From Octopus vulgaris (Eukaryota): a DNA stretch of 64,000 bases. A program made the position numbers and the translations under genes. The notes beneath the pieces are model-generated. The model saw only the letters and a list, made by a program, of their open reading frames with translations, made no database searches and had not been told where the DNA came from. Every line of letters begins with the position of its first letter. Positions within the stretch are counted from its first letter, which is position 1. This document shows positions 24,336 to 36,585 of the stretch, one piece after another. Location of the stretch: NCBI GenBank assembly GCA_951406725.2, contig OX597817.1, positions 136,276,001-136,340,000 on the forward strand, given 5' to 3'.

Positions 24336-27300
24336 TCACTGGTCTTGCCGGGTCTTCTCACGCACAGCATACTTCCATAGGTCTCGGTCTCTGGTCATTT
24401 CCTTGGTGAGACCTAGAGTTCGAAGGTCGTGCTTCACCACCTCGACCCAGGTTTTCCTGGGTCTACCTCTTCCACAGGTCCCCTCAACTGCCAGGGTGTG
24501 GCACTTTTTCACACACCTATCTTCATCCATTCTCACCACATGACCATACCAGCGCAATCGTCTCTCTTGCACACAACATCTGATTCCTCTTAGGTCCAAC
24601 TTTTCTCTCAAGGTACTTACACTCTGTCGACTATGAACACTGACATTACACATCCAACGGAGCATACTAGCTTCATTTCTCGCGAGCTTACGCATGTCCT
24701 CAGCAGTCATGGCCCATGTTTCACTGCCATGTAGCATGGCTGTTCGTACACATGCATCATACAGTCTGCCTTTTACTCTGAGCGAGAGGCCTTTAGTCAC
24801 CAACAGAGGTAAGAGCTCCCTAAACTTTGCCCAGGCTATTCTTACTCTAGCCGTTACACTTTCAGCACACCCACCCCCGCTACTGACTTGGTCACCAAGA
24901 TAACGGAAGCTATCAACTACTTCTAGTTTTTCCCCCTGGAAAGTGACGGAAGTTGTTTTCTGCAGATTTTCAGAGGTTAATGCTCCCGAGCATCTGCCAC
25001 ATACAAAAACCATCTTCCTAGATTAGCCTTCCTATGACATTGCTGCACCTCTTATGTGTCCATAGCTTACACTTGGTGCATCTTATAGAGTTTCTACCTA
25101 CACCTTTTCTACAGATCGAGCAGGGCCATCTACCTGAAGGCGTTTGTGATTTGTCTACCTTCCTACTTATTACGACTTTGGTTTTAGCTAGGTTGACTCT
25201 AAGGCCCTTCGATTCTAAACCATGCTTCCACACCTGAAACTTCTTCTCCAGTTCTGATAATGACTCAGCAATTAGAGCAAGGTCATCAGCATAGAGGAGC
25301 TCCCAGGGGCATCCTGTCTTGAATTCCTCCGTTATTGCCTGGAGGACTATGATAAATAGGAGGGGGCTGAGGACTGAGCCTTGGTGGACCCCTACCTCTA
25401 CCCGGAATTCTTCACTGTACTCATTTCCAACCCTCACCTTACTAGCAGCGTCCCTGTACATGGCTTGCACAGCTCTCACTAACCATTCTTCTATTCCTAG
25501 TTTCCTCATTGACCACCATATGAGGGATCGGGGGACCCTGTCGAAGGCTTTCTCCATGTCAACAAAAGCCAGGTACAGGGCCTTATCTTTGGCTAGGTAT
25601 TTCTCCTGCAGCTGCCTTACCAGGAATATAGCATCAGTGGTACTTTTCCCTGGCACGAAACCAAACTGCATCTCATCTAAACTAACTCTCTCTCTAATTA
25701 GTTGGCTTATGACCCTCTCTGTAACCTTCATCACCTGATCCAACAGCTTGATACCTCTGTAATTATTTGTATCTAGGGCATCACCTTTACCTTTGTAGCA
25801 GTTGACTATTATGCTGCTACACCAGTCATTGGGTATGACTCCTTCATGTATCACCTGATTAACTATACAGGTGACTAGGCTATAGCCGACACTACCAGAT
25901 ATTTTGAGCATCTCTGCAGTGATACCTGATGGGCCTGGGGCTTTCCCTGTCTTCATGCTTCTAATTGCCTTAGCTACTAAGGAACTATCAACCCTGATAG
26001 CTGGTCCCTCTGTTGGGTCAACGTTCGGCAGACTCTCTTTGTCCCATTCATTTTCTTTATTCAGCAACCTTTCATAGTGGCATCTCCAAGCCTCTCTCTT
26101 TGCATCCTCGTTTAGCGCAAGTGAACCATCTTCCATGCGAACACACTTCTTTCCCACCACATCACAATTCTCTCTCACACACTGTCTTGCAACGCGAAAC
26201 ACCTCCAGTCTTTGGTCCTCACGGCGCAGAACATTGGCAAATTTTTTCTTATCTGCTTCCCCTCTGGCTAGATAGACCTGTCTCCTAGCTTCCCTTTTAG
26301 CAGTCTAATACAATTCCCTGCTACCACCATTCTTCCAGTGCTTCCAAGTCTGTCTCTTTTCTCTAATAGCCCTGTCTACGACACTGTTCCACCACCACGT
26401 TACCTTGGGACGAGAGGGGACTTTGCACCAGCCACAGATCTGGTCAGTGGCTCTCAGCAGGTTGTCCCTTAGAAACGTCCAGTTGTCCTCTACCCCATGT
26501 GATACACTATCCCCTTCTACTTCGTCAAAGGCTTCAAGTAACATGTCTCTAAATCTCTGTCCATTCACAGGATCCTTAAGCTTCCAGATCCTTCTTCTCC
26601 ATGTTGGTCGTCTTCTGGTTGTCCTCCTACTCCTGATCCTAAAGTCACTAACTACCAGTCTATGTTGTGGGGTGCATTCTTCGCCTGGGAAGGTTTTGGC
26701 ATTTATAAGTAGCCATCTCTCCCTTTGCCTGGCAAGGATGTAGTCAATTTGGCTGGTATGTTGGCCCGATCGGTAGGTGACTAGGTGGCTGGTAGGTTTC
26801 CTGAAGTTAGTGTTGCAAATCATAAGATTATTTGCATCGCAGAACTCCAGCAGCCTGGTTCCCTCCTCGTTGCGGGAACCAGAGCCATACCCTCCATGTA
26901 CGCCGTGGAAGCCCCCAGCATGTCGTCCAACGTGACCATTGAAGTCACCAGCCACAAAGAGAAGGTCTCTGTCGTTCGTCAACGAGGTAGTCTGCAGTAG
27001 AGTGTCATAGAATCGGTCTTTCTGTCCATCAGGTAGCCCCGACTGAGGAGCATAGGCTGATATAATGGTTGCTAAACTATGATGAAGCGCTAATCTAATC
27101 TTAAGTATTCTGTCGCATACTCTGATTACCTCAACTACTTTATCTACCCATTTCTCAGCGATAAGTATACCCACGCCTCCAACCCCGTCAGTGTTCCCTG
27201 CCCAGAAAATCTTGTACCTGTGTTCCTTGCCTGTGAGGAACCTAGCAGAACCTCCTCTCCACCTTACTTCTTGCATACAACATATATCCACACGTCTCCG

Positions 27301-27471
27301 TTCAAGCATCTCAACTATCTCGCCAGACCTACCTTTCAGTGTGCCAACATTGAGGGTGCCAACCCTGAGGGTGTGGGAGGTATGGGCCCTAGAGACCCTG
27401 CGTCGGTGGACAGTAGCTTCATGTACCTGAAAAGAAAGCTCGCATTTGGCAGAATTCATGAGCAGCTTCAT
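24336..27471 (-). pseudogene. RTE ORF of about 1045 codons: apurinic endonuclease, reverse transcriptase and an internal PHD finger; one in-frame TAG (26305-26307) and one 1 bp frameshift (about 25018-25022)
   Basis: APE motifs GTLNVGTL, QEVRW, GDFNGHVG, QIDYIL, QHRLV; RT motifs YRGIKLL, QFGF, FVDMEKAFDRV, GVHQGSVLSP, YADD, FRYLG; RTE C-terminus LRWYGHV, GRGRPRKTW. ORFs 26305-27471 and 25018-26202 are in frame; 24336-25013 is shifted by one base. Confidence 0.95.
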
Positions 27472-28284
27472 GTACCTGAAAAGAAAGCTCGCATTTGGCA
27501 GAATTCATGAGCAAGTAATACAGTAGCCTTCAATTCAACCTGCATAACACTACCCATTCATATTTTGCACTGTATGATCATTACCTTACCTAGGTCGAAA
27601 CTAGGAGGAGGGATGGTGAAAGAGCATTTGCAGTCTTCAAGGGAAGCAATCCAGGGATGCAAAGAATAGGAACTTCCGGCATGTCTGGAGAGGGTGGGTG
27701 GGCGGGTATATATATATATATCCCCACAATCATTTTCTTTCAGTTTCATCTACCAAATCCATTCAAAAGGTTGACTTGGTCCAAGTCTATAGTGGAGTCC
27801 ACATGCAAAAGGTGCTGCACAATGGGACTGAAACCTGAACTGTGTGAATAAGAAGTGAACTTTTTAAGCATGCAGCTTTATGCATGAGGCCCAGGTATGA
27901 GCATGTGGCTAAGAAGCTACTTCACCTTTGACAAATGCTTTCAGGGACCAACCAAAGACTTGGAAGTGGATTTGTGAAACTAAAAGAGATACATAGATAG
28001 ATAAATATACAGAGACAAACAGACAGTCACAGATATATATACATCCACTCTTTCAAAGTGGTTGGCATTAGGAAGGGCATCCAGCCATAAAAGCCATGCC
28101 AAAACAGTGGGGCTGCCTGTGTGTGTGTATATATACACATGTACTTAAAACTAATTACTGAACAATGGTGTACTAAATATTGTAACATGTACCTGAAAAC
28201 AGTGATTGATGTAAATGCTTAATTAATGTCACTGAATGACTGGTGATTCACCAGAATTATATTTCAATATTGTAACTTGGTTAA

Positions 28285-28494
28285 ACCTTTCGTTACTGTA
28301 TTTCTGTTGAGATGCTTTGTGTTTCTTTCAGTTACTTTAAAGATAACAAAGAATTTAGTAAAATCACTTAGTTATCATTCAGCTAGTGTTAGGAACATAA
28401 ATTGTGACTAACGTTTGGTGGAAGATTTTAATTCAAAAGTTATGAAAACAAGACAAAGCCAGAGCTGGTTTCAGCTGGGTTGGCAACGAAAGGG
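28285..28494. mobile_element. TTAA-flanked (piggyBac-type) MITE, family 1
   Basis: ttaa|acctttcgttac...gcaacgaaaggg|ttaa; further copies at 31873-32086 and 61976-62195. Confidence 0.85.
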
Positions 28495-29179
28495 TTAAGA
28501 TCCTTGAAATATCTATTTCAGTGTTATTTCTGAGGATAGTCTCGAAACTGTTGGTAATAAGTAAGTTTATGTTGTCCCTCATGACAATTTACTGACTATT
28601 TCCACAAGAAAGATTGTGAAGCAGGCACTGAGTGGATTTCGGTTCAATCTGTACTCAACTATTTCTCATATATTTCTAAGTTTTCAAAGAGTGTATTCAT
28701 ACCCAAACACATTGTGTGCTTGTGTGTGTGAGAGTAGAGAGAGTGAGTGTGTGTGTGTGTGTATTTTATTCTATTACGTACTTTTTTGCTGTGTTTCTTC
28801 AAACAGTCGATAACGGATATAGAAATAATTTAGTAGCCTAAACTGTAGAACAATGGAGAAGCAATACAATAAACAAAACAGGCACAATAGCTTGAAGAAA
28901 CAAAGACAGAGAATTACATGAACCAAATATACCCTGGGTGAAGGAAAAGTTATCAAAAAAACTGATCAAACAGAACAGAACATAGATTCCATGGAATCAT
29001 AAACTGGCATAAATAATATATAAGAAAACAAGCAAAATGAAAACTCTCTTAATTAACAAAGTCTGTAAACCACTGAATAAACTTTGAGATGGCTAATCTA
29101 ATTCATAAATCTGTCCATAAACAGGAAATACTGAAACAATTAGCCAGACATGTCTAACATGTTCTTGTTGATAGACAAT

Positions 29180-29342
29180 ACAACCTGGAGCAATGTAGCA
29201 CAGCATAACATGGAGCTAGTGTAATATGCAAAACAACATGGAGCTTGTGTAATAAACTACACTATATGGGGCACTGTAACATCCCACACAACATGGAGCA
29301 CTGTAATACACAACACAACATGGAGCTTGTGTAATACACAAC
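29180..29342. repeat. About 28 bp minisatellite, about 6 degenerate copies
   Basis: Recurring acaacatggagc(tt/ac)gtgtaatacac. Confidence 0.75.
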
Positions 29343-29481
29343 CCATCACTAGATAACAAAATACAAAATTGACAACACAATTAACATATGTTATTTCACA
29401 TGAGCACAGAAACACTGGTCATGGAAGTTTTATGGACAACATAATACTCACACACACACACACTCACACACACACAAACAT

Positions 29482-29807
29482 ACATGTATGTATGTATGTA
29501 TGTATGTATGTATGTATGTATGTATGTATGTATGTATGTATGTATGTATGTATGTATGTATGTATGTATGTATGTATGTATGTATGTATGTATGTATGTA
29601 TGTATGTATGTATGTATGTATGTATGTATGTATGTATGTATGTATGTATGTATGTATGTATGTATGTATGTATGTATGTATGTATGTATGTATGTATGTA
29701 TGTATGTATGTATGTATGTATGTATGTATGTATGTATGTATGTATGTATGTATGTATGTATGTATGTATGTATGTATGTATGTATGGTTGTATGTATGTA
29801 TGTATGT
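29482..29807. repeat. (TATG)n microsatellite, about 80 near-perfect units
   Basis: Directly visible; source of the MYVC/HTYI ORFs. Confidence 0.98.
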
Positions 29808-30073
29808 TTCCGTAATGAGATAAAGAAACCAAGGCTGTGTAGATTTTAGAACATTTATAAATATAAGGATATTTATTATATCCCTTCATCAGAGATGGTG
29901 TGAGAAGATGGTTAAACAATAGTTAATTTAGATAAGATATGAAATCTAAATTAACTATTGCTTAACCACCTTCTCACACCGTCTCCGAAGAAGGGATATA
30001 ATAAATATCCTTATATTTATAACTGTTCTAAAATCTACACAGCGTTGTTTTTTTTTTATCTCATTACAGGAAA
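29807..30073. repeat. About 265 bp foldback element carrying half-hammerhead cores in both arms
   Basis: gtaatgagataaa...gctgtgtagattttagaaca mirrors tgttctaaaatctacacagc...tttatctcattac; the left arm reverse complement has catct-CTGATGA-agggatat, the right arm cgtct-CCGAAGA-agggatat. Confidence 0.85.
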
Positions 30074-30339
30074 AAATTTTCTATATACACATGCTGATAT
30101 ATGACCTAAGTTGTACCTCTTGTTCGCATAATCAGTGAACCTGGAACTTAACTATGGTCTATCCATAGCACTAATTCAGCATTACCTGACACCTTTGGGT
30201 CTTACTGACACCACTACTTCTCATAACTTCTCTCTCTCTCTACATATATATATATATATATATATATATGTAGCAGAAATTTACACAAGTCAAGCTGTAG
30301 CATACCAACAACTTTGATTGACACGAATAGTAAGTTCTC

Positions 30340-30910
30340 ATGGATCTGTGATAAATACATTGCATCTCACTTAGAAGGGTTCAAGTCTGCTAGCCAAGAG
30401 TAGAAGATAGCTACTTCATATGTGAATAGGCTAAATAAAAATGTATGTCTCTTAACCTCTACATTGTAACAGAAAATATTGATTGTGCCACACCAGTTAG
30501 GTGTGTATGATATTCTTTTCTACTCTAGGTACAAGGTCTGAAATTTTGGGAGAGTGGGCCAGTCGATTAGATCCACCCCAGTACACAACTGGAACTGAAT
30601 TTATCGACCCTGAAAGGATGAAAGGCAAAGCCGACTTCAGTGGAATTTGAACATCGTCAGCAGCGGTTCAAAAATGTCCACAAGGTGCTAATTTCCAATG
30701 AGACATGATATTGTCTCTAAAACCATCTTCAATGTTATATACAGGAAGAATACCAAAAGACATGCCAAAAGCAGAATGTATCCAGACTCTTAAAGATGAG
30801 GACAATTGGTGGAACATTTCAATATAAACAGCAACCCAGTGTCAAAAACACAAGTATGAGATTGCCTTATGGAACAAGGAACAAAAATCTCATATCAGTA
30901 TATAGATGAG
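30340..30910 (+). pseudogene. Decayed R4/Dong-like element (CCHC zinc knuckle plus start of RLE), interrupted by a SINE A fragment at about 30515-30650
   Basis: Remnants SHLEGFKSASQE*KIAT, CNRKY*LC, HIVSSGSKMSTRC*FPMRHDIVSKT, WWNISI*T...HKYEIALWNKEQK. Confidence 0.65.
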
Positions 30911-30964
30911 AGAAAGTTTTTTCACATAGAAACACACACACACACACACCAAGATATCGTCATC

Positions 30965-31345
30965 GTGGTATTCCGTCAGTTATGACGACGAGGGTTCCAG
31001 TTGATCCGATCAATGGAACAGCCTGCTTGTGAAATTAACGTGCAAGTGGCTGAGCATTCCACAGACATGTGCACCCTTAACACAGTTCTCGGGGAGATCC
31101 AGTGTGACACAGAGTGTGACAAGGCTGGCCCCTTTTAAAATACAAATACAACAGAAACAGGAAGTAAGAGTGAAAGAAAGTTGTGGTGAAAGAGTACAGC
31201 AGGATTCGCCACCACCCCCTGCTGGAGCCTCATGGAGCTTTGGGTGTTTTCGCTCAATAAACACTCACAGCATCCAGTCTGGGAATCGAAACCGCGATCC
31301 TACGACCACGAGTTGCCCTAATCACTGGGCTGCTGCACCTCCATG
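30965..31345 (-). mobile_element. tRNA-derived SINE, family D (tail fragment also at about 58560-58690 +)
   Basis: Reverse complement head ggcccagtgattagggc...cgcggtttcgattcccagac; tail gtctgtggaatgctcagccacttgcacgttaatttcac...gttgatcggatcaactgg. Confidence 0.75.
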
Positions 31346-31467
31346 CACCAAGATATATGTACAGTTATTCATTTACATATTCGATGATGATGATGATGAC
31401 AAACTGCAGGAACGTCTTTGCTTTGTATGTTGATATGTTACAGCATGCAATATCATACACACTAATA

Positions 31468-31685
31468 AGGCGGCGAGCTGGCAGAAACATTAGCATGCTG
31501 GGCGAAATGCTAAGCAGTATTTCGTCTGTCTTTGTGTTCTGAGTTCAAATTCCACTGCGGTCGGCTTTGCCTTTCATCCTTTCAGGGTTGATAAATTAAG
31601 TTCCAGTTGCGTACTGGGGTGGATCTAATCGACTGGCCCACTCCTCCAAAATTTCAGACCTTGTACCAAGAGTAGAAAAGAATAT
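31468..31685 (+). mobile_element. SINE family A
   Basis: ggcggcgagctggcagaaacattagc...gagttcaaattcc...gcctttcatcctttcagggttgataaattaag. Confidence 0.85.
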
Positions 31686-31872
31686 CATACACACTAATCT
31701 TGTGTGAGTGTGTGTTTGTGCATATGTGTTTGTTTGTGTGTGCATGCTTGTATGTGTGAAAGTTCGGTAAGCATCCAATGAAATGCTGTTTCATGCACGT
31801 TCAAACACGTATAATTTATGCATGTGTTGCATAATTAACCACACATAATCATTTATATGTAATGTCCTTTAA

Positions 31873-32086
31873 ACCTTTTGATACTGTATTTATTTTGAGA
31901 CGCTCTCTGTTTCTATCAATTATTTTAGATATAGCAAAGAATTTAGTAAAATAACTTAGTTATCATTAAGTTAGTGTTAGGTACATTAACTGTGACTAAG
32001 GTTTGGTGGAAGATTCAAAACTTATGAAAACAAGATATTTGTACTACAGAGCCAGAGGTGGTTTCAGCTGGGTTGGTAACGAATGG
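31873..32086. mobile_element. TTAA MITE family 1 (degenerate ends)
   Basis: Internal sequence aagaatttagtaaaataacttagttatcatt...aaggtttggtggaagatt shared with the 28285 and 61976 copies. Confidence 0.8.
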
Positions 32087-32884
32087 TACTGAAACAATTG
32101 GAACCAATTCTAAAGTTATGCTCTTTTGATAGCCTCATCATCTTCCTTGTCTTATACACACACACACACATGTATGCACATTGGGTAATTCAGCAATCAC
32201 CAGAGACCATAACAGATTTCATGATGTCTTCTGGTAAGTGAGAATTAAAGAACAAAAAAAGAAAAAAAAGAAAAAAAACACCTTTAGAGTTGGATGTCAT
32301 AAGAATTAAGGAAATATCTCTATGAATCCTATTGATATTCAGAATTTAACAAACTCATTGTTAGTAACAAAGAACTGTGTTCACTTCATTTTTCATTGGA
32401 ACCTAAGTGAACAGAATATGGGCTGACAATAGAAAGAGTTGACTCTATATAAGTAGAAGATTCTAATTCTTCAAACACAAGCAGATGGTTTGAAATGTCT
32501 GGATGCTATTGAATTGATGTAAACCTTTATGAAGCTAAAAGTAATATGATATGGGAGGCACCCACAAATATCTGCCCAGCAGGATGGTTAAACAAACACA
32601 AGATAAAATATGTAAGCATGCATCAGAATAATATCACAGGCAAAAAAATTCTTTATAGCTTTCTGTTTCTTTTTCATATATTTTTGATGTTATTACATAG
32701 AAAAAAAGTTTCAAAACTGTTATTTCAGTATCATTTGAAAATATCATGTTAATAAATGGTATAAACAGTCAATGAAAAGCTAATATGCAATTTGAATCTG
32801 TGAACATGGAGAGATCTAAATAACTTGGAGTTAATTGAAGATTTAAAGAGGAGATATATACATGTCCAGACACAAACATAAACT

Positions 32885-33177
32885 AAAGCACCATCTGAAT
32901 GTGGCCAATGCCAGTACCCCCTGACTGGTGGTATGCAAAAAGCACCATCTGAGCATGGCCGATGCTAGTACCCCCTGACTGGCTCCTGTGCCGGTGGCAC
33001 ACAAAAAGCACCCACTACCCTCTTGGAATGGTTGGCATTAGGAAGAGTTGTAGAAACATTGCCAGATCAGACTGGAGCTTGGTGCAGCCACTGGCTCTCC
33101 AGACCTCAGTCAAACCATCCAACCCCTGCCAACATGGAAAACAGATGTTAAATGATGACGACGATGATGATGATGAT
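32885..33177 (+). mobile_element. RTE 3' end (2 units plus tail)
   Basis: aaaagcacc units, ggttggcattaggaag, (gat)n. Confidence 0.8.
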
Positions 33178-33195
33178 ATATACACACATGCAGAC

Positions 33196-34480
33196 AGCTT
33201 GCTACACCAGTCATTGGGTATGACTCCTTCATGAACTACCTGATTTACGGTGCGAGTGACAAGACTATAACCCACACCACCTGATATTTTAAGTATCTCA
33301 GCGGTGATTCCTGATAGGCCAGGTGCTTTCCTTGTCTTCATATCCTTAATTGCTTCATCTGTCCATTCAGGTAGTTGGTCCCTCAATTGGGTCAACCTTT
33401 GGCAGACTCTCCTCCTCCCATTAATTCTTCACATTCAGCAGTCTTTCATAATGGCATCTCCAAGCCTCTTTTTTTGCAGAATCATTAAATACAAGGTCAC
33501 CATCATCCATGCGGATACATTTTCTCCTATGACATCACGGTTTTCTCTCACACACTGTCTTGCAATCCGAAATACTTCAGTTCTTTGGTCCTCATGTCGC
33601 TGAACATTGGCAAACTTCTTTTCTGCTACTCCCTTGGCTATGTATACCTATCTCCTAACTTCCCTTTTGGCTATCTGGTATAGTCTCCAGCTACTCCCAC
33701 TTTTCCAGGCCTTCCAAGCCTGTTTCTTTGTTCTAATGGCACTGTCAACACCACCATGTTGGAAGGGATTTTGTACCAGCCACAGATTTGGTCTGTGGTG
33801 CTCAGCAAGCTTTCTTGCAGGAATTCCCAGCTGCCTTCTGTGTCACAGGACTGTAGCACCTCCTCCCTATCATCAATTTTTCGCTAAGGATACCCCTAAA
33901 TCTCTGACCATGTGAAGGGTTCTTAAGATTCTGAGTCCTTCCTTTCCAGATTGGTCTGCTTTTTGGCATCCTTCTGGCCTCGAGTCGAAAGTCATTAATA
34001 ACTAGTCTATGCTGGGGGGGGGGGGAGTACATTCTTCACCAGGGAGGGTCTTTGTATTTAAGAGCAACCATGCATCCCACAGTCAGGTGCGAATGAAATC
34101 AATCTGGCTAGCAGACTCAGCTGATTGATAGGTTATCAGGTGGCTGGCTGGCTTCCTAAAGTTGGTGTTGCACATCAATAGGTTATTTACTTTGCAGAAC
34201 TCCAAGAGCCCAGTTCCCTACTCATTTCTGGTACCAATTCCATGGCTCCCGTGCACACCATAGAAGATACCAGGTTGATGTCTGACATGCCCAACAAAAT
34301 CTCCAGCCACAAAGATGAGATCATTGTCAGTCTTCCTTGAGGTAGCCTGCAGAAGAATATCATAAAAGTGATCCCTCTGTTCATTTGGTAGGTCTGCTTG
34401 TGGGGCATAGACAGAGACAATTGTAGCTATACCATTCTGCAAGACTAGCCTGAGTTTAAGTCCTCCATTGCACACCCTCA
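33196..34480 (-). pseudogene. Older, decayed RTE internal fragment (APE to RT N-terminus)
   Basis: Paralogous to about 25810-27120: ATIVSVYAPQ, FVAGDFVGHV, QHRLVINDFRL, MKTRKAPGLSGITAEILKISGGVGYSLVT, GVIPNDWCS; many frameshifts. Confidence 0.9.
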
Positions 34481-34655
34481 GTAAAAATGCACAATTTGAT
34501 GCTAGTCTGCAATATTACCATAATATAATCAACAGCACATTCTGCATAACTTTTCACGTGAAATCATTTATGGGAAACAATGTTAGAAATGGAGTGGCAC
34601 TCTTACAACTAATAATAAAGTTGTGCTAAATTCATTATTTTTACTGTTTGTGTTT

Positions 34656-34698
<43 letters not shown>

Positions 34699-35387
34699 GT
34701 GTGTGTGTGCGTGGACTGAATCTCTTTAACAATTCAAAATAATGACTTTTATTCCTCTTAATTCTACTCAGTTCATCTAATTGTATATATTTATCATTAC
34801 TTTTCATAAAAAAAGCCTTTATTTTTTTGATATTCAATGTGCATTTTCGCTTTTTCTTCTTACTTTTCCCATATATATATATATATATGCGCATACATTT
34901 ACCGATGCATGCAAGTGATCATCAACATCATCATAATGTTATGTTTTTTTTGTTTCATTCTATACAGAGATTAGTTTGTCAGTTGCTGCCTTTACTTATT
35001 GACAGTATAAAAAAAATTCCACCAATCATTGTTGTGGTTTGTATGAAATACTGGGAGTTGGGAGGCAAGCCCTTCACAGTGTCATCTCTATCTTGCTTCA
35101 GACACTACAAAGTTTGTCAACCTAAAGAAGTGCTCACTTCACTCTATACTGGTCTTAATTAGATTTACTGTTTTCTGAGATGGCTTTCGTGTATATAGGG
35201 GAGTGGGGAGTGGTTACATTGGAATTTGTTGCCAATGAAGACTGAACATTTAACTAGTGACGTAAAATTAAGTAATTAATAAAAGCATCTGCAATATGCT
35301 GTTGGGATGGTGCTGTGTAATCTGAGAAATAAAGTTGTCTGGGTGAGAGTAGCTGATGTTAACATTGTGTATATTGAAAAATTTATA

Positions 35388-36585
35388 TTAGGTCATCAAG
35401 TATGAAATTTGTTGTAAGGTATATGGTGAACTTTGACAGCTGCTCATTTTGTGCCATTATTATATTTTGTCAATCTTTATTTTCTCTTAGAAAGCTGACA
35501 CTCTATTTCTTTATTCTAACTCATTTTGTGCTTCCAATCTTGTTTCTTTCATATTTTTGTTTAGAGATGGATAAGTCGGAAATTCGTACAGTTTTCATAT
35601 ATGAGTTCTCTTTTGAAAATACAGCATCACAAACAGCTCGATATATTAATGGAGTATTTCATTCTAATGTTATTACACAGCAGACAGTATCGAATTGCTT
35701 TGCAAAATTTTTTTCTGGTAACTTTAACCTCATAAATGAGCAATGCAGTCAACCAGAAACAAAGGTGGATAATGATGAACTGAAAGCCACCATCGAGTCA
35801 GATCCAGCTCAAAGTGCCCGTGAATTATCATTGTTGTTTGGTGTTAGAAAGCAAACAATATTGACTCACTTAGTTCAAATCGTTAAAGTGAAAAAGTTGG
35901 ATATGTGAGTTCTATATGAATTCAATGAAGATCAGAAACAGCAACGTTTGTAACATGTGATGAGAAATGGATCCAATACAACAACAGTAAACATACAGCT
36001 CAATGGTTGGACAAAGACAAGCCACCAAAACACAGTTCAAAAAGCAAAATTCATCAAAAGAAGCTGATGGTATGTGTTTGGTGTGATCCATTATGATTTC
36101 ATTAAACTTCGCTTATCAATCACGGCTGAAGTATACTGCAGCCAACTGGACCAAATGAGGCAGAAACTTACAAAACAAAACCCACCTAGATTAGTGAATA
36201 GATCCACTCCTATTTTATTGCAAGAATAACACCAGACCACAAATCACAAAAACGACATTGGCAAAAGTACAGGAGTTGGATTGGAAGTTCTCCATCATCC
36301 ACCCTACTCACCTAATCTTGCCCCCACTGACTACCACTTCTTCCAGAATTTGGATAACTTTTTGATAGGAGAAAAATTTAATCCTGATGATGCTGTAAAA
36401 CAGGCCTTCCGAGATTTTATTGACTCTAGATTGCCAGGCTTTTACAGTTCCGAGCTGGACAAGCTACCACTAAAATGGCAAAAGTGTATTGACGATATGG
36501 GTGCATACTTTGATGAATAAAACTATTCCTTGTATTTATAAAACATTAGCAAACTTTTTTTCTTTTCTATAAATTAACGACCTAA
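35388..36585 (+). mobile_element. mariner (Tc1/mariner) DNA transposon, about 1.2 kb, decayed
   Basis: ta|ttaggtcatcaa left end versus ttaacgacctaa right end; transposase remnant inside. Confidence 0.85.
35567..36520 (+). pseudogene. mariner transposase pseudogene (N-terminus resembles cecropia-subfamily/Hsmar1-type)
   Basis: MDKSEIRTVFIYEF...; decayed WVPHEL (*VLYEF); TCDEKWI; HQKKLMVCVW; HPPYSPNLAPTDYHFF; KLPLKWQKCIDDMGAYFDE; stops and frameshifts present. Confidence 0.9.

Larger units (their letters stand above)
23213..27513 (-). mobile_element. Nearly full-length RTE-clade LINE
   Basis: Single APE-RT reading frame, long repeat-containing 3' UTR, conserved ggttggcgttaggaagggcatccagccgtagaaa motif and a (GAT)n tail abutting (TA)n. 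Confidence 0.95.

Noticed and set aside
28524-28560. CTGAGGA-tagtctc-GAAAC-tgttg-GTA hammerhead-like string
   Set aside because: No stem II and stem I (ttat/ataa) is out of register by 2 nt; could be a decayed minimal hammerhead but is not supportable.
29369-29919. MYVC and HTYI repeat ORFs
   Set aside because: Translation of (TATG)n.
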